Shown piece after piece: positions 30,617-41,842 of a stretch of DNA of 64,000 bases. The notes beneath the pieces were generated by a model. It ran no database searches. It worked only from the letters and a program-made list of their open reading frames with translations, and was not told where the DNA came from. A program made the translations under genes and the position numbers. The stretch's first letter is position 1. Each line of letters starts with the position of its first letter. This DNA is from Abditibacteriaceae bacterium (GTDB taxonomy: Bacteria > Armatimonadota > Abditibacteriia > Abditibacteriales > Abditibacteriaceae). Location of the stretch: assembly GCA_965277285.1 (NCBI GenBank), contig OZ255721.1, positions 1,280,001 to 1,344,000 of the forward strand. The letters are read 5' to 3'.

Positions 30617-30994
30617 ATGCGCAAAAATGTTCGCATGTGGGATGCTTATGCTACAAAATCAGAGGAATTTGAGTACGAGGAAAACCTTCGTGTCGTTCTT
30701 TCCTCGCCTGAAGTCTTTGCGCTTTTGGAGAATAGAAGTTCATTGCATGGCAATCAGTTCCGTTTGCTCCTCGAAAAAGCGACTGGAGAGTCTTGTTACT
30801 CCGATTGGACAGCGGAAAAAGTTCGCCAACTTGCAGCAAAAGTCGATTGGAACGCACCCAAACAATACTTGAAAGACATCCCGAACGTCTGGACTTTTTG
30901 GGATGAGAGCGAATTCTGGGATTCCTACGGGTGCTGCAAACTCTTCCTCGAAATTTGCGCATCTCACAATTTAGGCATTCACTTTTGCTGGTAA
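30617..30994 (+). CDS. Hypothetical protein
   Basis: 3' part of ORF 29741-30994 fills the intergenic gap; natural-looking composition ending GIHFCW; start uncertain. Confidence 0.5.
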   Translation: MRKNVRMWDAYATKSEEFEYEENLRVVLSSPEVFALLENRSSLHGNQFRLLLEKATGESCYSDWTAEKVRQLAAKVDWNAPKQYLKDIPNVWTFWDESEFWDSYGCCKLFLEICASHNLGIHFCW

Positions 30995-30998
30995 ATCT

Positions 30999-32519
30999 TC
31001 AATGGACAGAACTGCCATACAACTTGGCATACAGTGCGTTTTGCCGATCCAGAGCGCGCGCATAAATTTGATGATGCGTCATTTTGGGTTGCAAGGTTTC
31101 GCCACGTTCGGCGGGAATCGTGCCAGCATCTTCGATTTCTCCGCACGCTTCGAGCGCCATCAACGCGGCGCCGCGCGCGCTCGCTTCGGCTTCTTGCGAC
31201 ATCAACAACGGCACGCCCAGGCAATCGCACATGATTTGTGTCCAAACCGGCGAATGTCCCAGCGCGCCGCCGCTCGCCACGATTTTCACGCTGTCATTCG
31301 GCGTCGGCTGGTTTCGAGTACTCGATAACGTTTTGGAGGCGTTTTCAATCGCTTCAAACAACAGTTCGGCAACCGCTCCAAAACGCAACGAACTGGCTTC
31401 CAGGCAAGCGCGCAAAATTTCCAGCGAATTGGTGTCGAGCGTCGCGCCTTCGAGAGCAAAGCGCGCATTCGCGTTCCACAAAGGCGAACGTTCGCCCGCC
31501 AAAAACGGCAAAACTGTCAGGCCGTGCGCGTCCGGTTCGAGTTTGGCGATTTGCGTTTCGGCATCGTCGGGAAAGACGAAAGTTTTGCGCGCCCACGCAT
31601 AAACCACTCCGCCATTGGACAAAGCGCCGCCCAGCAAAACGCGCTTTTTATCGACGCGATAACGCCACAAACCTGTGGGCGCCGCATCTTGATAATCGTG
31701 CAACACGACGCGCATGGCGCCACTTGTCCCGACGTTGAGCGCGATTTGTTGCGCATCCACGCAACCGCTGCCGATGTTGGAACACGCGCCGTCGCCCAAA
31801 GCGGGAAACCATTTCGCACTTGTCAATTGCGGCCAGCGTTTTTGATATTCATCGCGCAACTCGCCCAAAGGCTGGTTCGCGTCGCACAAAGGCGCCAAGT
31901 TTTCGCGCGCAATCGGCAAAGCCTTCAAAGTTTCGTCGTCCCAATCGCAATTGTTCTGGTTGAAAAGTCCGGTTCCCGACGCCATGGAAAGCGAAGCGCG
32001 CGCCTGGCCGCACAACTTCAAAGCCAGATATTCGCCGAAACTGATCCATCGCGTACTCGAAGCGAACAATTCCGGGCGCGTGTGATGCAGCCACAACAAT
32101 TTCGCTGGCCAGTAGCTGGTGTGAAAAACGCAGCCCGTGCGCGCGTGCGTTTCTTCTTCATCTAAAGTCGCGCGCAAAGCGGGAATCCACGGCGCCGCGC
32201 GATTGTCCGCCCACGAATATAAAGGCGTCAAGGCTTTGCCGTTTTGGTCAACCGCCATCAATGAATGCCAGAAACAGGAACACGCGACGGCAATCGGCTG
32301 CACGTTTGTTGTTTTCAAAAGTTCGTCCACGCATTGCAAAGTGCGCTGGAGCAAGGCGTCGGCGTCAGTTTCCACGCCGCCGTCGGGCGTCGTGCTTTGC
32401 GAGTACTCGATTTGCGCGGGCGCGCCGATTTTATCGCCTTTAGCGTCGAACAAGATGGCGCGCGTCGAACTTGTTCCGGCATCGAGAGCTAAAATTGTCG
32501 GGGAAGAATCGGGGTTCAT
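30999..32519 (-). CDS. gntK: Gluconokinase (FGGY family)
   Basis: LALDAGTSSTRA, WADNRA, GDGACSNIGSG, VGTSGAMR, PFLAGERSP. Confidence 0.85.
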   Translation of the reverse strand: MNPDSSPTILALDAGTSSTRAILFDAKGDKIGAPAQIEYSQSTTPDGGVETDADALLQRTLQCVDELLKTTNVQPIAVACSCFWHSLMAVDQNGKALTPLYSWADNRAAPWIPALRATLDEEETHARTGCVFHTSYWPAKLLWLHHTRPELFASSTRWISFGEYLALKLCGQARASLSMASGTGLFNQNNCDWDDETLKALPIARENLAPLCDANQPLGELRDEYQKRWPQLTSAKWFPALGDGACSNIGSGCVDAQQIALNVGTSGAMRVVLHDYQDAAPTGLWRYRVDKKRVLLGGALSNGGVVYAWARKTFVFPDDAETQIAKLEPDAHGLTVLPFLAGERSPLWNANARFALEGATLDTNSLEILRACLEASSLRFGAVAELLFEAIENASKTLSSTRNQPTPNDSVKIVASGGALGHSPVWTQIMCDCLGVPLLMSQEAEASARGAALMALEACGEIEDAGTIPAERGETLQPKMTHHQIYARALDRQNALYAKLYGSSVH

Positions 32520-32583
32520 GGCGACGCAGTTTAACAAGAGGTTAAGCGCCATTGTGCGAGCTGAGGCGTGTCATAATTAAGAC

Positions 32584-33024
32584 ATGAACCAGACAAAATC
32601 ATCGCAAAGAAAATGGGTGTTTTTGGCCGTGTCGATGATTGGCTTTGTGCCGCTGTTGGCTCATGCGCTTGATGCCTGGCAATATGCGAAATCCGATGAT
32701 ATTGAGAAAGCAAAAATTGATACACAACACATTCTCGCAAGGTTTGAGCAGACGAACGATGTCACGGAAGTTAGGTCTTGGCTTCTTCACGGGCCAACCG
32801 AAGCGCCGGGTACGCAAGTCAAGATGACGTTTGGCGAATGGTCATTGCAACACAAAAGCGCGTTCATTGCGATTGTCGAAGGTTTATCGGCTAAACAACA
32901 AGACCAATTTGCGCAATCGTTTTGCGAATCGCTGGAGCAGTCATCGCTGAGCGCCAAGTTTAAGACGACTTTCCATGACAGCAAATCAAAAGCTGTGAAA
33001 GCGATACTCCAAAGACTGGCCTGA
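32584..33024 (+). CDS. Hypothetical exported protein
   Basis: Signal-peptide-like N-terminus; fills the gap. Confidence 0.55.
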   Translation: MNQTKSSQRKWVFLAVSMIGFVPLLAHALDAWQYAKSDDIEKAKIDTQHILARFEQTNDVTEVRSWLLHGPTEAPGTQVKMTFGEWSLQHKSAFIAIVEGLSAKQQDQFAQSFCESLEQSSLSAKFKTTFHDSKSKAVKAILQRLA

Positions 33025-33107
33025 AACTTCTTAATCGCAAAACAGTAGCGTTCTCCCGCCATGAAGAACGGCCATTTTTGTGCGACGACACAAAGTGGCT
33101 TCGCATT

Positions 33108-34766
33108 ATGAGTTCCAATGAGACGCTCGCCCAATTTGAAGAATTGTTGGCGCAACGTGCTGGTTTGAACGTGCGCGCGCAGGATCGAGAACACGTCGAG
33201 CGGACGCTGTTGTCGCGCGCGCAAACGCGTCAGGAAACTGTGGCGTCGTATCTCGAATGGCTGCAAGGCGCATCCGGCGCGAGCGAGTGGAATGGTTTGT
33301 TTGCCGCTCTGACCAACCAGGAAAGTTATTTTTTCCGCGACACCGGACAATTTGACTTGTTGCGCGAACAAATTCTGCCCGAACTCATCGCGCAAAATCG
33401 CGCACGTCGCACGCTGAAATTGTGGAGCGCGGGCTGTTCGACGGGCGAAGAACCGTATTCGCTGGCGATGACGTTGGAAACCATGCTGCCGTCTGGCGAC
33501 CGTTGGAAGGTGGAAATCCATGGCACCGATCTCAGCGAAGCGGCGCTGCAAAAGGCGCGCGCGGGCGTTTACAGCGCGTGGTCATTTCGCAACACGCCCG
33601 ACGAGCAGCGCGAACGCTTTTTCCAAAAACGCGGTCACGAATGGATTTTGAGCGAAAAATTGCGCCGCTCTGTGCAATTTCGTTACGGCAATTTGCTGGA
33701 TGACAATTTCGCAAGTCAGGGTTTGCACGACTTCGACTTGATTTTGTGTCGCAACGTTTTTATATATTTTCGCCGCGAGGCTGTGGCGCGCGTGGTGCGC
33801 AAGTTTCGTGATACGCTACGCGAAGACGGTTATTTGATGACAGGTCACGCCGAACTGCACGACATCGCGCTGCCCGATTTGCCAGCGCGCACTTTTCCCC
33901 AAGGCGTGGTTTATCAACGAACCGCGTCCGGCAAGACATCGAGTACTCGATCTGCGACTTCACTCGTCAACAACCGGCTTCCTCTGGCTTCTTTCGCGCC
34001 TTTTTCTACGACGACATCTTCGCTGCAAATTGCACCTTCTGCACGCGCCACTCCAATCACTTTGTCGGCTCATTCCAGGCACGCGAACAACGTTGCGCCG
34101 AACGCTGCAACGAGGACTCCGCAAGACGATGACATAAAAGACGTGCAACGTGCTTACGCGTGTTTGCGCGAAGGTCGCAGCGACGAAGCCTGGGAACTAT
34201 TGAACGCAATTTTCGAGAAGACAAATGGAAACGCGGAACAAAACGGCGTTGCTATCAAGAGCACAGATCAAAATGGCGTAGTACTCTTCGTTGCGCATTG
34301 TCTGGCGGCGCAGGCTTTGGCGAACAACGTGCGTTATGAGGAAGCACAGGAACATTGCGCGCGCGCTATTGCCATCGATGCCTTGTCTCCTCTACCTTAT
34401 AGCGTACTGGCGCGCATTGAAATCGAACGCGCTCAAGGAGAAAATACTGGCAGCGAGAGCGCCAAAGAATGGTTAAAAAAAGTGATTTATCTGGCGCCGC
34501 AGTCCATCACGGCGATGGTGGAACTGAGCGCAATTTATCGGCGTGAGGGCGATTTGCGACGCGCCCGCAGTTGGCGCGACGCCGCTTTGCAAGTGCTAAA
34601 CGATTGCTCCGGTCAAGAATGCCCGAAAAATGAAGACGCGTCTAATGGACATTCCTCTGGAAAAACGTGTCCCATTTCGCCTGATGGCTGCGTGATTTTG
34701 CTGCAATGGTCGCTCGACGAGCCGCAAACAATCGACGCAATGCGCCATTCCCTGAAAGAGTTTTAG
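33108..34766 (+). CDS. cheR: CheR methyltransferase with TPR domain (WspC-like)
   Basis: TNQESYFFRD, WSAGCSTGEEPYS, GTDLS, LILCRNVFIYF; C-terminal TPR-like KKVIYLAP. Confidence 0.9.
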   Translation: MSSNETLAQFEELLAQRAGLNVRAQDREHVERTLLSRAQTRQETVASYLEWLQGASGASEWNGLFAALTNQESYFFRDTGQFDLLREQILPELIAQNRARRTLKLWSAGCSTGEEPYSLAMTLETMLPSGDRWKVEIHGTDLSEAALQKARAGVYSAWSFRNTPDEQRERFFQKRGHEWILSEKLRRSVQFRYGNLLDDNFASQGLHDFDLILCRNVFIYFRREAVARVVRKFRDTLREDGYLMTGHAELHDIALPDLPARTFPQGVVYQRTASGKTSSTRSATSLVNNRLPLASFAPFSTTTSSLQIAPSARATPITLSAHSRHANNVAPNAATRTPQDDDIKDVQRAYACLREGRSDEAWELLNAIFEKTNGNAEQNGVAIKSTDQNGVVLFVAHCLAAQALANNVRYEEAQEHCARAIAIDALSPLPYSVLARIEIERAQGENTGSESAKEWLKKVIYLAPQSITAMVELSAIYRREGDLRRARSWRDAALQVLNDCSGQECPKNEDASNGHSSGKTCPISPDGCVILLQWSLDEPQTIDAMRHSLKEF

Positions 34767-34795
34767 GAACAACACTCAATAGTTTGCTTACAAAG

Positions 34796-34953
34796 CGAAA
34801 CATCGTCACGAATTCCAAGCGTGAGCGTGAGGCTGAAGTATCTGCTACTTTAGCCGCGCTTCAGAATTGCCGTACACTCAACCGTCCTCAATGAGCCGAC
34901 GCAATTGCTACTTTAGCTCCGCGATCACGCTTGGAATCCGTGACGATGTTTCG
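34796..34953. repeat. Family C-related long palindrome
   Basis: CGAAACATCGTCACGAATTCCAAGCGTGA...TCACGCTTGGAATCCGTGACGATGTTTCG. Confidence 0.7.
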
Positions 34954-35003
34954 TATAACGATGTACATTCAAGTGTCAATCGTTACCAAGTTGTATTTAC
35001 ATT

Positions 35004-36302
35004 ATGAATCGCACAGAATCGAACATCCACAGTCAACGCGAAGCGAGAAACGTTGATTCGTCGGCTGCGACAGTCGACGCTTCTGTGCGCAATAATTATG
35101 CTGTCGGCGAAGCGGGCGAAGAGCGACTTTATTTGTTGTTATCGTCGCGCGGCACATTGTACGCGATTGAAGTCAGCGATGTGCGCGAAATTCACGCACT
35201 GCCGTCGTTGAATGTTTTGCCGCAAGCGCCGCACGCCGTCGCAGGTGTTGTCAATGTGCGCGGCGATATTTTGCCGGTCGTTGATCTGGCACGTCAAATG
35301 GGGCAAACACCGCGTGCTCCCGCGTTGAACGACGGCTTGGTCGTGCTGCAGAACACACAAGATCGTTCGCCGCAACAATTTCGGCCTTTCGCACTTTGGG
35401 TTGAAGAAGTGCGCGACATGATCGCGCTTCAAACTTCGCAGATTGAAGTCGCGCCGTTCGATAACGAGTACTCGATGTTGTCGGGTTTGACGCATCATAA
35501 TGGCGCGGTCGTGTTCATTTTGCAAACCTCCCGTTTGCTTCCTCACGTCGAAATCGCCGCACCGTTCGATACTTCTTCGTTCGATGCTTTCGACAAAATT
35601 GAGGCGAGTGCTGCCTTTATCTTTCGCCGTCGTGCGCAAAATCTGGCGCAAGTCGAAAGAACGGAAAGTCAGACTGTGCCGCGCACCGGAGAAGAAACGA
35701 GAAACCGAGCCGAGAGCGCGCTGCTGGCGAATGTTTCCGCCCAGATTTCTGCACACGAAAGCACGCGCACAGTTTCGATTGCGCGCGTGCGTTTAGGTGG
35801 CGAGGAACATGGCGTAGTGTTGTCACAGGTGCGCGAATTTTGCGCTCTGGAAAGTTTTACGGCTGTTCCCTGTTGCCCGCCGCACATCGCCGGACAAATG
35901 AACTTGCGCGGCGACATCGTGACTTTGCTCGACATCGCGCCGCAAATGGGCATTCGCTCTTTCGCCGCGCGCCTGGCGCAACATAATTCGATGCACGATG
36001 AAGCCGACGCCACGGGCAACTCTGCCGCTTCCACGCACCTGTTTGGTCAAATTGTGGTGGTGGAAACGCGGGACGCGAACGGCGCCGTGGGATTGATCGG
36101 CGTCTTGGTGGACGAAGTTTTCGATGTATTGCACGCGCGCGAAAACGATTTGCGCGCGGTAGACACGGCTTCTGACAACGCAACCAGGAATAACTCCGGC
36201 TTTTGTCAGGCGATTCTGTTGCACGATGAAAAAGCGTTGACAATTCTGGATTTAGCATCCATCGTTGCAGACGATAAATGGATCGTCAATGAAACGGTTT
36301 AG
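35004..36302 (+). CDS. cheW: Tandem CheW-CheW adaptor (WspB/WspD-like fusion)
   Basis: Two CheW cores: GVVNVRGDILPVVDL and PCCPPHIAGQMNLRGDIVTLLD. Confidence 0.88.
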   Translation: MNRTESNIHSQREARNVDSSAATVDASVRNNYAVGEAGEERLYLLLSSRGTLYAIEVSDVREIHALPSLNVLPQAPHAVAGVVNVRGDILPVVDLARQMGQTPRAPALNDGLVVLQNTQDRSPQQFRPFALWVEEVRDMIALQTSQIEVAPFDNEYSMLSGLTHHNGAVVFILQTSRLLPHVEIAAPFDTSSFDAFDKIEASAAFIFRRRAQNLAQVERTESQTVPRTGEETRNRAESALLANVSAQISAHESTRTVSIARVRLGGEEHGVVLSQVREFCALESFTAVPCCPPHIAGQMNLRGDIVTLLDIAPQMGIRSFAARLAQHNSMHDEADATGNSAASTHLFGQIVVVETRDANGAVGLIGVLVDEVFDVLHARENDLRAVDTASDNATRNNSGFCQAILLHDEKALTILDLASIVADDKWIVNETV

Positions 36303-36335
36303 AAGACGACTCAACAGCGACGCACCGTTTACCAG

Positions 36336-36400
36336 AACCCCAAGCGTGAGCGCGGGGCTGACGTAACAGTTAATTTAGTGCTGCGCTCACGCTTGGGGTT
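36336..36400. repeat. Family C REP-like palindrome
   Basis: AACCCCAAGCGTGAGCGC...GCGCTCACGCTTGGGGTT. Confidence 0.75.
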
Positions 36401-36459
36401 ACAATAAACCATACAAAATCGAGTACTCGAATGGTGAAAATTTATGCTTCGTAACCTGA

Positions 36460-37316
36460 GAGGGTGTATAGGAATCACGCAAGCCTTCGGAGCATAAGCC
36501 GGATCATGGCGAGATAAATCCAGGTTTCACTTGATTTGACATTTTGCTCATAGTCTTTTGAAAGCCTTCGACATCTTCCCAACCATGCAAAAGTTCTTTC
36601 GACAACCCAGCGACGCGGCAACGGCACGTAGCCTTTGTTTTCATATTGACGGTTCACCAGGGCATTGCGGCTTATCACTCGGAGCGCAACGCCACAGTTT
36701 TCTCGCACCCAAGCCGCGAACTTGTGTCCCCAGTAGCCTGCATCCGCCCAAATCAACTGCAAACGTTGTGAAGGAAAGCGCCACAGGGCTTTGTCTTGCA
36801 AAAGTAATTTGGCTCCGTCACGCTCTTGAACGTTGGCAGCATGAACACACACTTGCAACAACAAGCCGTTGGTATCCACTAGAATATGACGCTTGCGCCC
36901 TTTTATTTTCTTGGCTGCATCAAAGCCTTTTGGCCCCCTTTTTCTGTGGTTTTGACGCTCTGGCTGTCCAGAATCGCTGCGCTGGGCGCCTCATCCCGTC
37001 CATCGGCCTGGCGCACTTGAGAACGCAACGAACTGTGGATACCTTCGAGAGTGCCGTTGTCACGCCAGCGCCGGAAGTGATACCAAACCACAGTGTAAGG
37101 CGGAAAATCGTGAGGCAAAGCACGCCACGAGCAGCCGTTGGTCAACTGATACAACAAAGCGTTGACGATCTCGCGTTGGGCGTAAAGCCTGCGCGTACCG
37201 CGCGCACGCTGTGGCTCGATCAAAGGGCGCAGCACTTGCCATTGTGCCTCGCTCAAATCACTGGGATAGCTCTGGCGTTTCATAAATGTAAGTCTAACCC
37301 TTTCCTATACACCCTC
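36460..37316 (-). mobile_element. IS5-family (IS1031 group) insertion sequence, 857 bp, copy 1
   Basis: 15-bp IRs GAGGGTGTATAGGAA / TTCCTATACACCCTC; 3-bp TGA target duplication; split transposase ORFs 36903-37283 and 36475-36879. Confidence 0.95.
36475..37283 (-). CDS. IS5-family transposase (two ORFs joined by probable -1 frameshift)
   Basis: [43 protein letters not shown]. Confidence 0.9.
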
Positions 37317-38901
37317 TGAGTTTGACGCGCAAATTATCGTTGTTGGTCGTGGTTTTCGTGCTGGCGTTTGCGGCGTTTGCGACACTTGCGTTTCGCACCT
37401 TGAACGATTTGAAGATTCGCGGCCCTTATTACAATCAAATTGTCAATGGCAAAGATTTGGTCGCCGATATTTTGCCGCCGCCGCTTTACATCATCGAATC
37501 GTATCTCACGGCTTTGCAGTTGGACGATCCGCAACTTCGCGCCAAAAAAGAGCCGCTCAAAGCTAAAATGGATCAATTGCGCGCCGACTACAACACGCGT
37601 CACGATTTTTGGCAAAAGCAGTTGGAAGACACGCCGCAAGACCACGAAATGCGCGAATTGCTGCTGACGACTTCTTACAACTCGGCGCAGGATTTTTATC
37701 GGATTTACGATGAGCAGTTTCGCCCGGCGGTTGAGCGCGGCGATTACAAAACGGCAGATCGCATCGTTGACGGGCCGCTTCAGGACGCTTACGAAAGGCA
37801 TCGCCAGTCGATTGACCGCGTTGTGGAATTGGCCAACGCGCGCAACAAGCAAATCGAAGATGACGCGCAAAACGTGGTTAATCGTAGCACGGCAGCTCTT
37901 GGTCTACTGGCACTGGGCATCGTCGCCACCATGATCGTCGGCGTTGGCATTTTTCTTAACCGTTCGATTGCCAGCGCCTTGCGCGAAACGGCGAGCGTAT
38001 TGTCGAGCACATCGTCGGAAATCGCCACCGCCATCGAGCAGCACGAGCGCACCGCCATGCATCAGGCCGCCGCCGTGCATGAAACGACGGCGACGATGGA
38101 TGAACTTGATGCGTCGTTTCGCCAAACCGTCGAAGTCGTTACGACAGCCGCCGATACAGCGCGTCAGGCGGCGCGCGTGGCTGAAGGCGGCGTTCACACC
38201 GTCGAGCAAACGCACAGCGGCATGACGAGCTTGAAAGAAAAAGTCGGCCTGATCGCCGATCAAATCGCTGGCTTGTCCGAGCAAACCGCGCAAATTGGCA
38301 GCATGACGGTTTTGGTGAGCGACCTGGCCAATCAGACGAATATGCTGGCCTTGAACGCGGCTGTGGAAGCGGCGCGCGCGGGCGAACACGGCAAAGGTTT
38401 CGGCGTGGTGGCCAGCGAAATTCGCAAGCTGGCCGACGAAAGTAAAAAATCGGCAGCGCGCATCAACGCTCTGGTCGAAGACATTCAACGCGCCACAACC
38501 TCAACCGTGATGGCGACCGAAGAAGGCACCAAAACCGTTGATCGCAGCCTGCAACTGGCCGAAGAAACCGTGCGCGCCTTTCATTCCGTGACCGATTCGA
38601 GCAACATGGCGTCGCAGGCCGCGCAGCAAACCTTGCTCAGCGTGCCACAACAAGTCACGGCGGTGAAGCAGGTTTTGATAGCGATGGACTCGCTCAACAC
38701 GGGTGCGCGCGAAACTGCCGATGGTATCGGGCAAACCAAAACCGGCGTCGAAAACCTGCGCCAGACCGCGTTGAAATTGAAGGATATGGTGTAAAAATCT
38801 GTCCCGCGAATATCGAGTACTCGAAACGACACAATGGCGTAAAGTAGAAGTTCGCCGGTTTGAGAGCGCGGAAAAAGCAAACAAAACGCCGAGAAACAAA
38901 G

Positions 38902-38974
38902 AGTTTGTCATTCTGAGCGAAGCGAAGAATCTAAAATCAAGCAAGATTCTTCGCTTCGCTCAGAATGACAAACT
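38902..38974. repeat. Family A palindrome
   Basis: AGTTTGTCATTCTGAGCGAAGCGAAGAATCT...AGATTCTTCGCTTCGCTCAGAATGACAAACT. Confidence 0.85.
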
Positions 38975-39098
38975 GCCACTTTTAGCACGTCTACTTTGAC
39001 GCACTCTTAAACTGACAAAGTGTCGCTTTATGAACCAGTAAAATGCCCTGTTAAACGACTCGCAGTCGAATATCGAGAGCAAAGAACCCAAGTCTCTT

Positions 39099-41708
39099 AT
39101 GGCGATAATTGAAGACGCTGAAATGCGCGCTCTTTATGCCAGCGAATGCGAAGAACATTTGCAAGCGCTGGACGAGGGCTTGCTGCAACTGGAAAACGCG
39201 CCAGGTTCCTCTGCATTAAACGCTGAAACGTTGAACGCTGAAACGTCCGACCAAAACGCCAGCGACAAAATTCAGACCATCGAAGCGATTTTTCGCGCCG
39301 CGCACAGCCTCAAAGGTTCGTCGCGCATGGTGGGAGCGAGCGGCGCTGAAGCCATCGCGCACGCGCTCGAAGATGCTTTGGGCGATGCCAAGCGTGGACG
39401 CACTCAGTTGTCGCCCGACGATCTCGACCGATTGGGCATCGGCTTGCGCGCCTTGAGAGCACTGGTCGCCGAAGCTGTTGGAGGGACGCCCGCTAACCTC
39501 AATATTTCGCAGGTTCTACGCGAAATTGATGGCGATAAAAACAACAACGATGCGACGCAACACTTTTTTCCAGCCGCTCCAGCCACATTGAGTACTCGAA
39601 ATCAGGAAAAGCAACAAAGCGAAACCGTGCCCGAACGCATATCTCGTACAGTGGAAAGAATGGCGCTCGACGAAAATCTCAGTGCAGTTTCTTCAACTTC
39701 GAGGCTCGCCGCTGCCGATTTCGCTACAACGGAGTTGACTGATTCCAATTCTGCAATGTCGCCTTCATTAGCCTTGCGTGACGAAACTTTTGGGCGTACC
39801 TCGTCGCAACTGTTGGCCACACGGGAAAAAGCACCGCTTCAAGAAATATCAGATCAAAAAGCACCCGAGCCGAAAACCTCCGCCACAAAAGACGAATTCA
39901 AAATCCAGACGATGCGCGTTCCTCCTGCGCGCCTGGATGCGTTGATGACTTTGGCCAGCGAACTCGCGGTCACGACATCGCGCGTGTCGCGTGGCCTGGC
40001 GGCCTTGAGCGAAATCGGCGAATTGTGCGAGCGTTGGCAACTCGATTTGGCGCAGCGTCAGCGACGATTGATGCGCGCGTCCGCGACATCGGCGCGCGAA
40101 GTCACGGCGTTGCGCGAAGAAGAAGCGCGTTTGGCGCGGTTGCAGGAATTGTGGCTGGGATTTCGCGCCGTGGTGCCGAAAAACGCCGTTCGCTTGAGCG
40201 CGGTCGCCGAAGACATCGAAGAAAGCATTCGCAACGTGCGATTGCTGCCGCTTTCCACGGTTTTCGGCTTGTTCCCGCGTTTGGTGCGCGACCTGGCGCG
40301 CGCGCAGGGCAAGGATGTTCAATTCGTCATCGAAGGCGGCGACACGCCCGCCGATAAACGCGTACTCGAAGACATCAAAGACCCTTTGATGCACATGTTG
40401 CGCAACTCCGTCGATCACGGCATCGAAACGCCAGACGCGCGCGCACAAAGCGGCAAATCGCCAGCAGCCATACTGCGATTGCGCGCGTCGCGGGGCGCGT
40501 CCGGCATCAGCATCGAATTGAGCGACGATGGGCGCGGCCTGGATGAAGACGCGATTGCGCGCGTCGCTTTCCAACGCGGCCTGCATTCGCGCGAAGAACT
40601 GGACGCGATGACCCACGAACAAATCCAAAACTTGATTTTCGCGCCCGGCTTTTCGACCAGCGCGACCGTGACCGATGTGTCCGGTCGCGGCGTCGGCATG
40701 GACGTAGTGCGACACAATATTGAAAACCTTAAAGGTTCGCTGACGCTTCAATCGCGGCGTGGGCGCGGCTGCACTTTCACCATCCGGTTGCCGCTGACTT
40801 TGGCCACGACGCGCGTTTTGCTGGTCGAAGTGCGCGGTGCAAGTGGCCTGCAAATCTTCGCCTTGCCGGTTGAAGCGGTGCAAAGCTTGGTGCGCTTGCG
40901 CCAGGAGCAAATTTTTCTGTCGGAAGGTCGCGCCATGTGGGTGCAAAACGACGAAGCGATTCCGCTCTTCTCTCTTGCGCAGTTGCTCGAATTGGCGGCG
41001 CCCGCGACATCGTTTGCGCTGGCCGCGCGACCCACAAATCTGCTGCAATCGAGTACTCGAAGCGGCGCGCTTTCGTGCGTGATCTTGTCGGTGGACGGCG
41101 AAAAGATCGGTTTGGAAGTCGAGCAGTTTTTGGATGAACAAGATGTCGTTTTCAAAGCGCTGGGCGCGCTTTTGCATCGCGTGCGCAACGTGGCGGGCAC
41201 GACCATCTTGGGTGGCGGCGAAGTGTGTTTGGTCTTGAACGCGACCGATTTGATGCGTTCGGCGCGTTCCTTCAAAGCGCGCGCGTTGGCGCCTGGCAAA
41301 GCACTTTCGAGCGACACGTTTCCCCGTGAAACGGAAGAACAGGCGAAAGCAATTTTGCTGGTCGAAGATTCGCTTTTGACGCGCACGCTGGAAAAACGCA
41401 TTTTAGAAAGCGCTGGCTACGATGTGACGACGGCTTTTGACGGCGTGGACGCACTGACCAAAATGGCATCGCGCACCTTTGATGCGGTGGTTTCAGACGT
41501 GCAAATGCCCAACATGGACGGCCTGGCGTTGACAGCGAAAATTCGCCAGGACGCGCGCTTGCGCGAAATGCCGATTCTCCTCGTGACATCAATGTCGAGC
41601 GACGACGACAAGCGGCGCGGCATGGAAGTCGGCGCCGATGCTTACCTCATCAAAAGCGCCTTTGAACACCGCACGCTGCTCGATGCACTGGCGCGCTTGA
41701 TTCCGTAG
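39099..41708 (+). CDS. cheA: Hybrid CheA histidine kinase with C-terminal receiver (WspE-like)
   Basis: Hpt FRAAHSLKG, HMLRNSVDHGIE, DDGRG, PGFST, SGRGVGMDVV, CheW domain, receiver VEDS...SDVQMP. Confidence 0.93.
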   Translation: MAIIEDAEMRALYASECEEHLQALDEGLLQLENAPGSSALNAETLNAETSDQNASDKIQTIEAIFRAAHSLKGSSRMVGASGAEAIAHALEDALGDAKRGRTQLSPDDLDRLGIGLRALRALVAEAVGGTPANLNISQVLREIDGDKNNNDATQHFFPAAPATLSTRNQEKQQSETVPERISRTVERMALDENLSAVSSTSRLAAADFATTELTDSNSAMSPSLALRDETFGRTSSQLLATREKAPLQEISDQKAPEPKTSATKDEFKIQTMRVPPARLDALMTLASELAVTTSRVSRGLAALSEIGELCERWQLDLAQRQRRLMRASATSAREVTALREEEARLARLQELWLGFRAVVPKNAVRLSAVAEDIEESIRNVRLLPLSTVFGLFPRLVRDLARAQGKDVQFVIEGGDTPADKRVLEDIKDPLMHMLRNSVDHGIETPDARAQSGKSPAAILRLRASRGASGISIELSDDGRGLDEDAIARVAFQRGLHSREELDAMTHEQIQNLIFAPGFSTSATVTDVSGRGVGMDVVRHNIENLKGSLTLQSRRGRGCTFTIRLPLTLATTRVLLVEVRGASGLQIFALPVEAVQSLVRLRQEQIFLSEGRAMWVQNDEAIPLFSLAQLLELAAPATSFALAARPTNLLQSSTRSGALSCVILSVDGEKIGLEVEQFLDEQDVVFKALGALLHRVRNVAGTTILGGGEVCLVLNATDLMRSARSFKARALAPGKALSSDTFPRETEEQAKAILLVEDSLLTRTLEKRILESAGYDVTTAFDGVDALTKMASRTFDAVVSDVQMPNMDGLALTAKIRQDARLREMPILLVTSMSSDDDKRRGMEVGADAYLIKSAFEHRTLLDALARLIP

Positions 41709-41842
41709 CGTTTAGGCGACAACATTCGCAATGGCAGCGTCGCGGAGTTATAGAGAAAATCAGAAAAATATCAAACTCACAGTTTGTCATTCTGAGCGCA
41801 GCGAAGAATCTGTCTTTACGTATAGCTTCTTCGCTGCGCTTA

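Larger units (their letters stand above)
36444..38794 (+). pseudogene. Methyl-accepting chemotaxis protein (WspA-like), interrupted at codon 6 by an IS; remainder 37322-38794 intact
   Basis: Removing the IS and one TGA restores ATG CTT CGT AAC CTG AGT TTG ACG (MLRNLSLTRK...); two TMs; [34 protein letters not shown] signalling hairpin. Confidence 0.85.

Noticed and set aside
36558..37319. 253-aa ORF within the IS (and its twin 41840-42601)
   Set aside because: Antisense shadow of the transposase with no recognisable motifs.
39849..41177. Long antisense ORFs over cheA and other genes (e.g. 44588-45562, 53669-54601, 50810-51622)
   Set aside because: Typical shadow ORFs produced by codon bias in GC-rich coding DNA.
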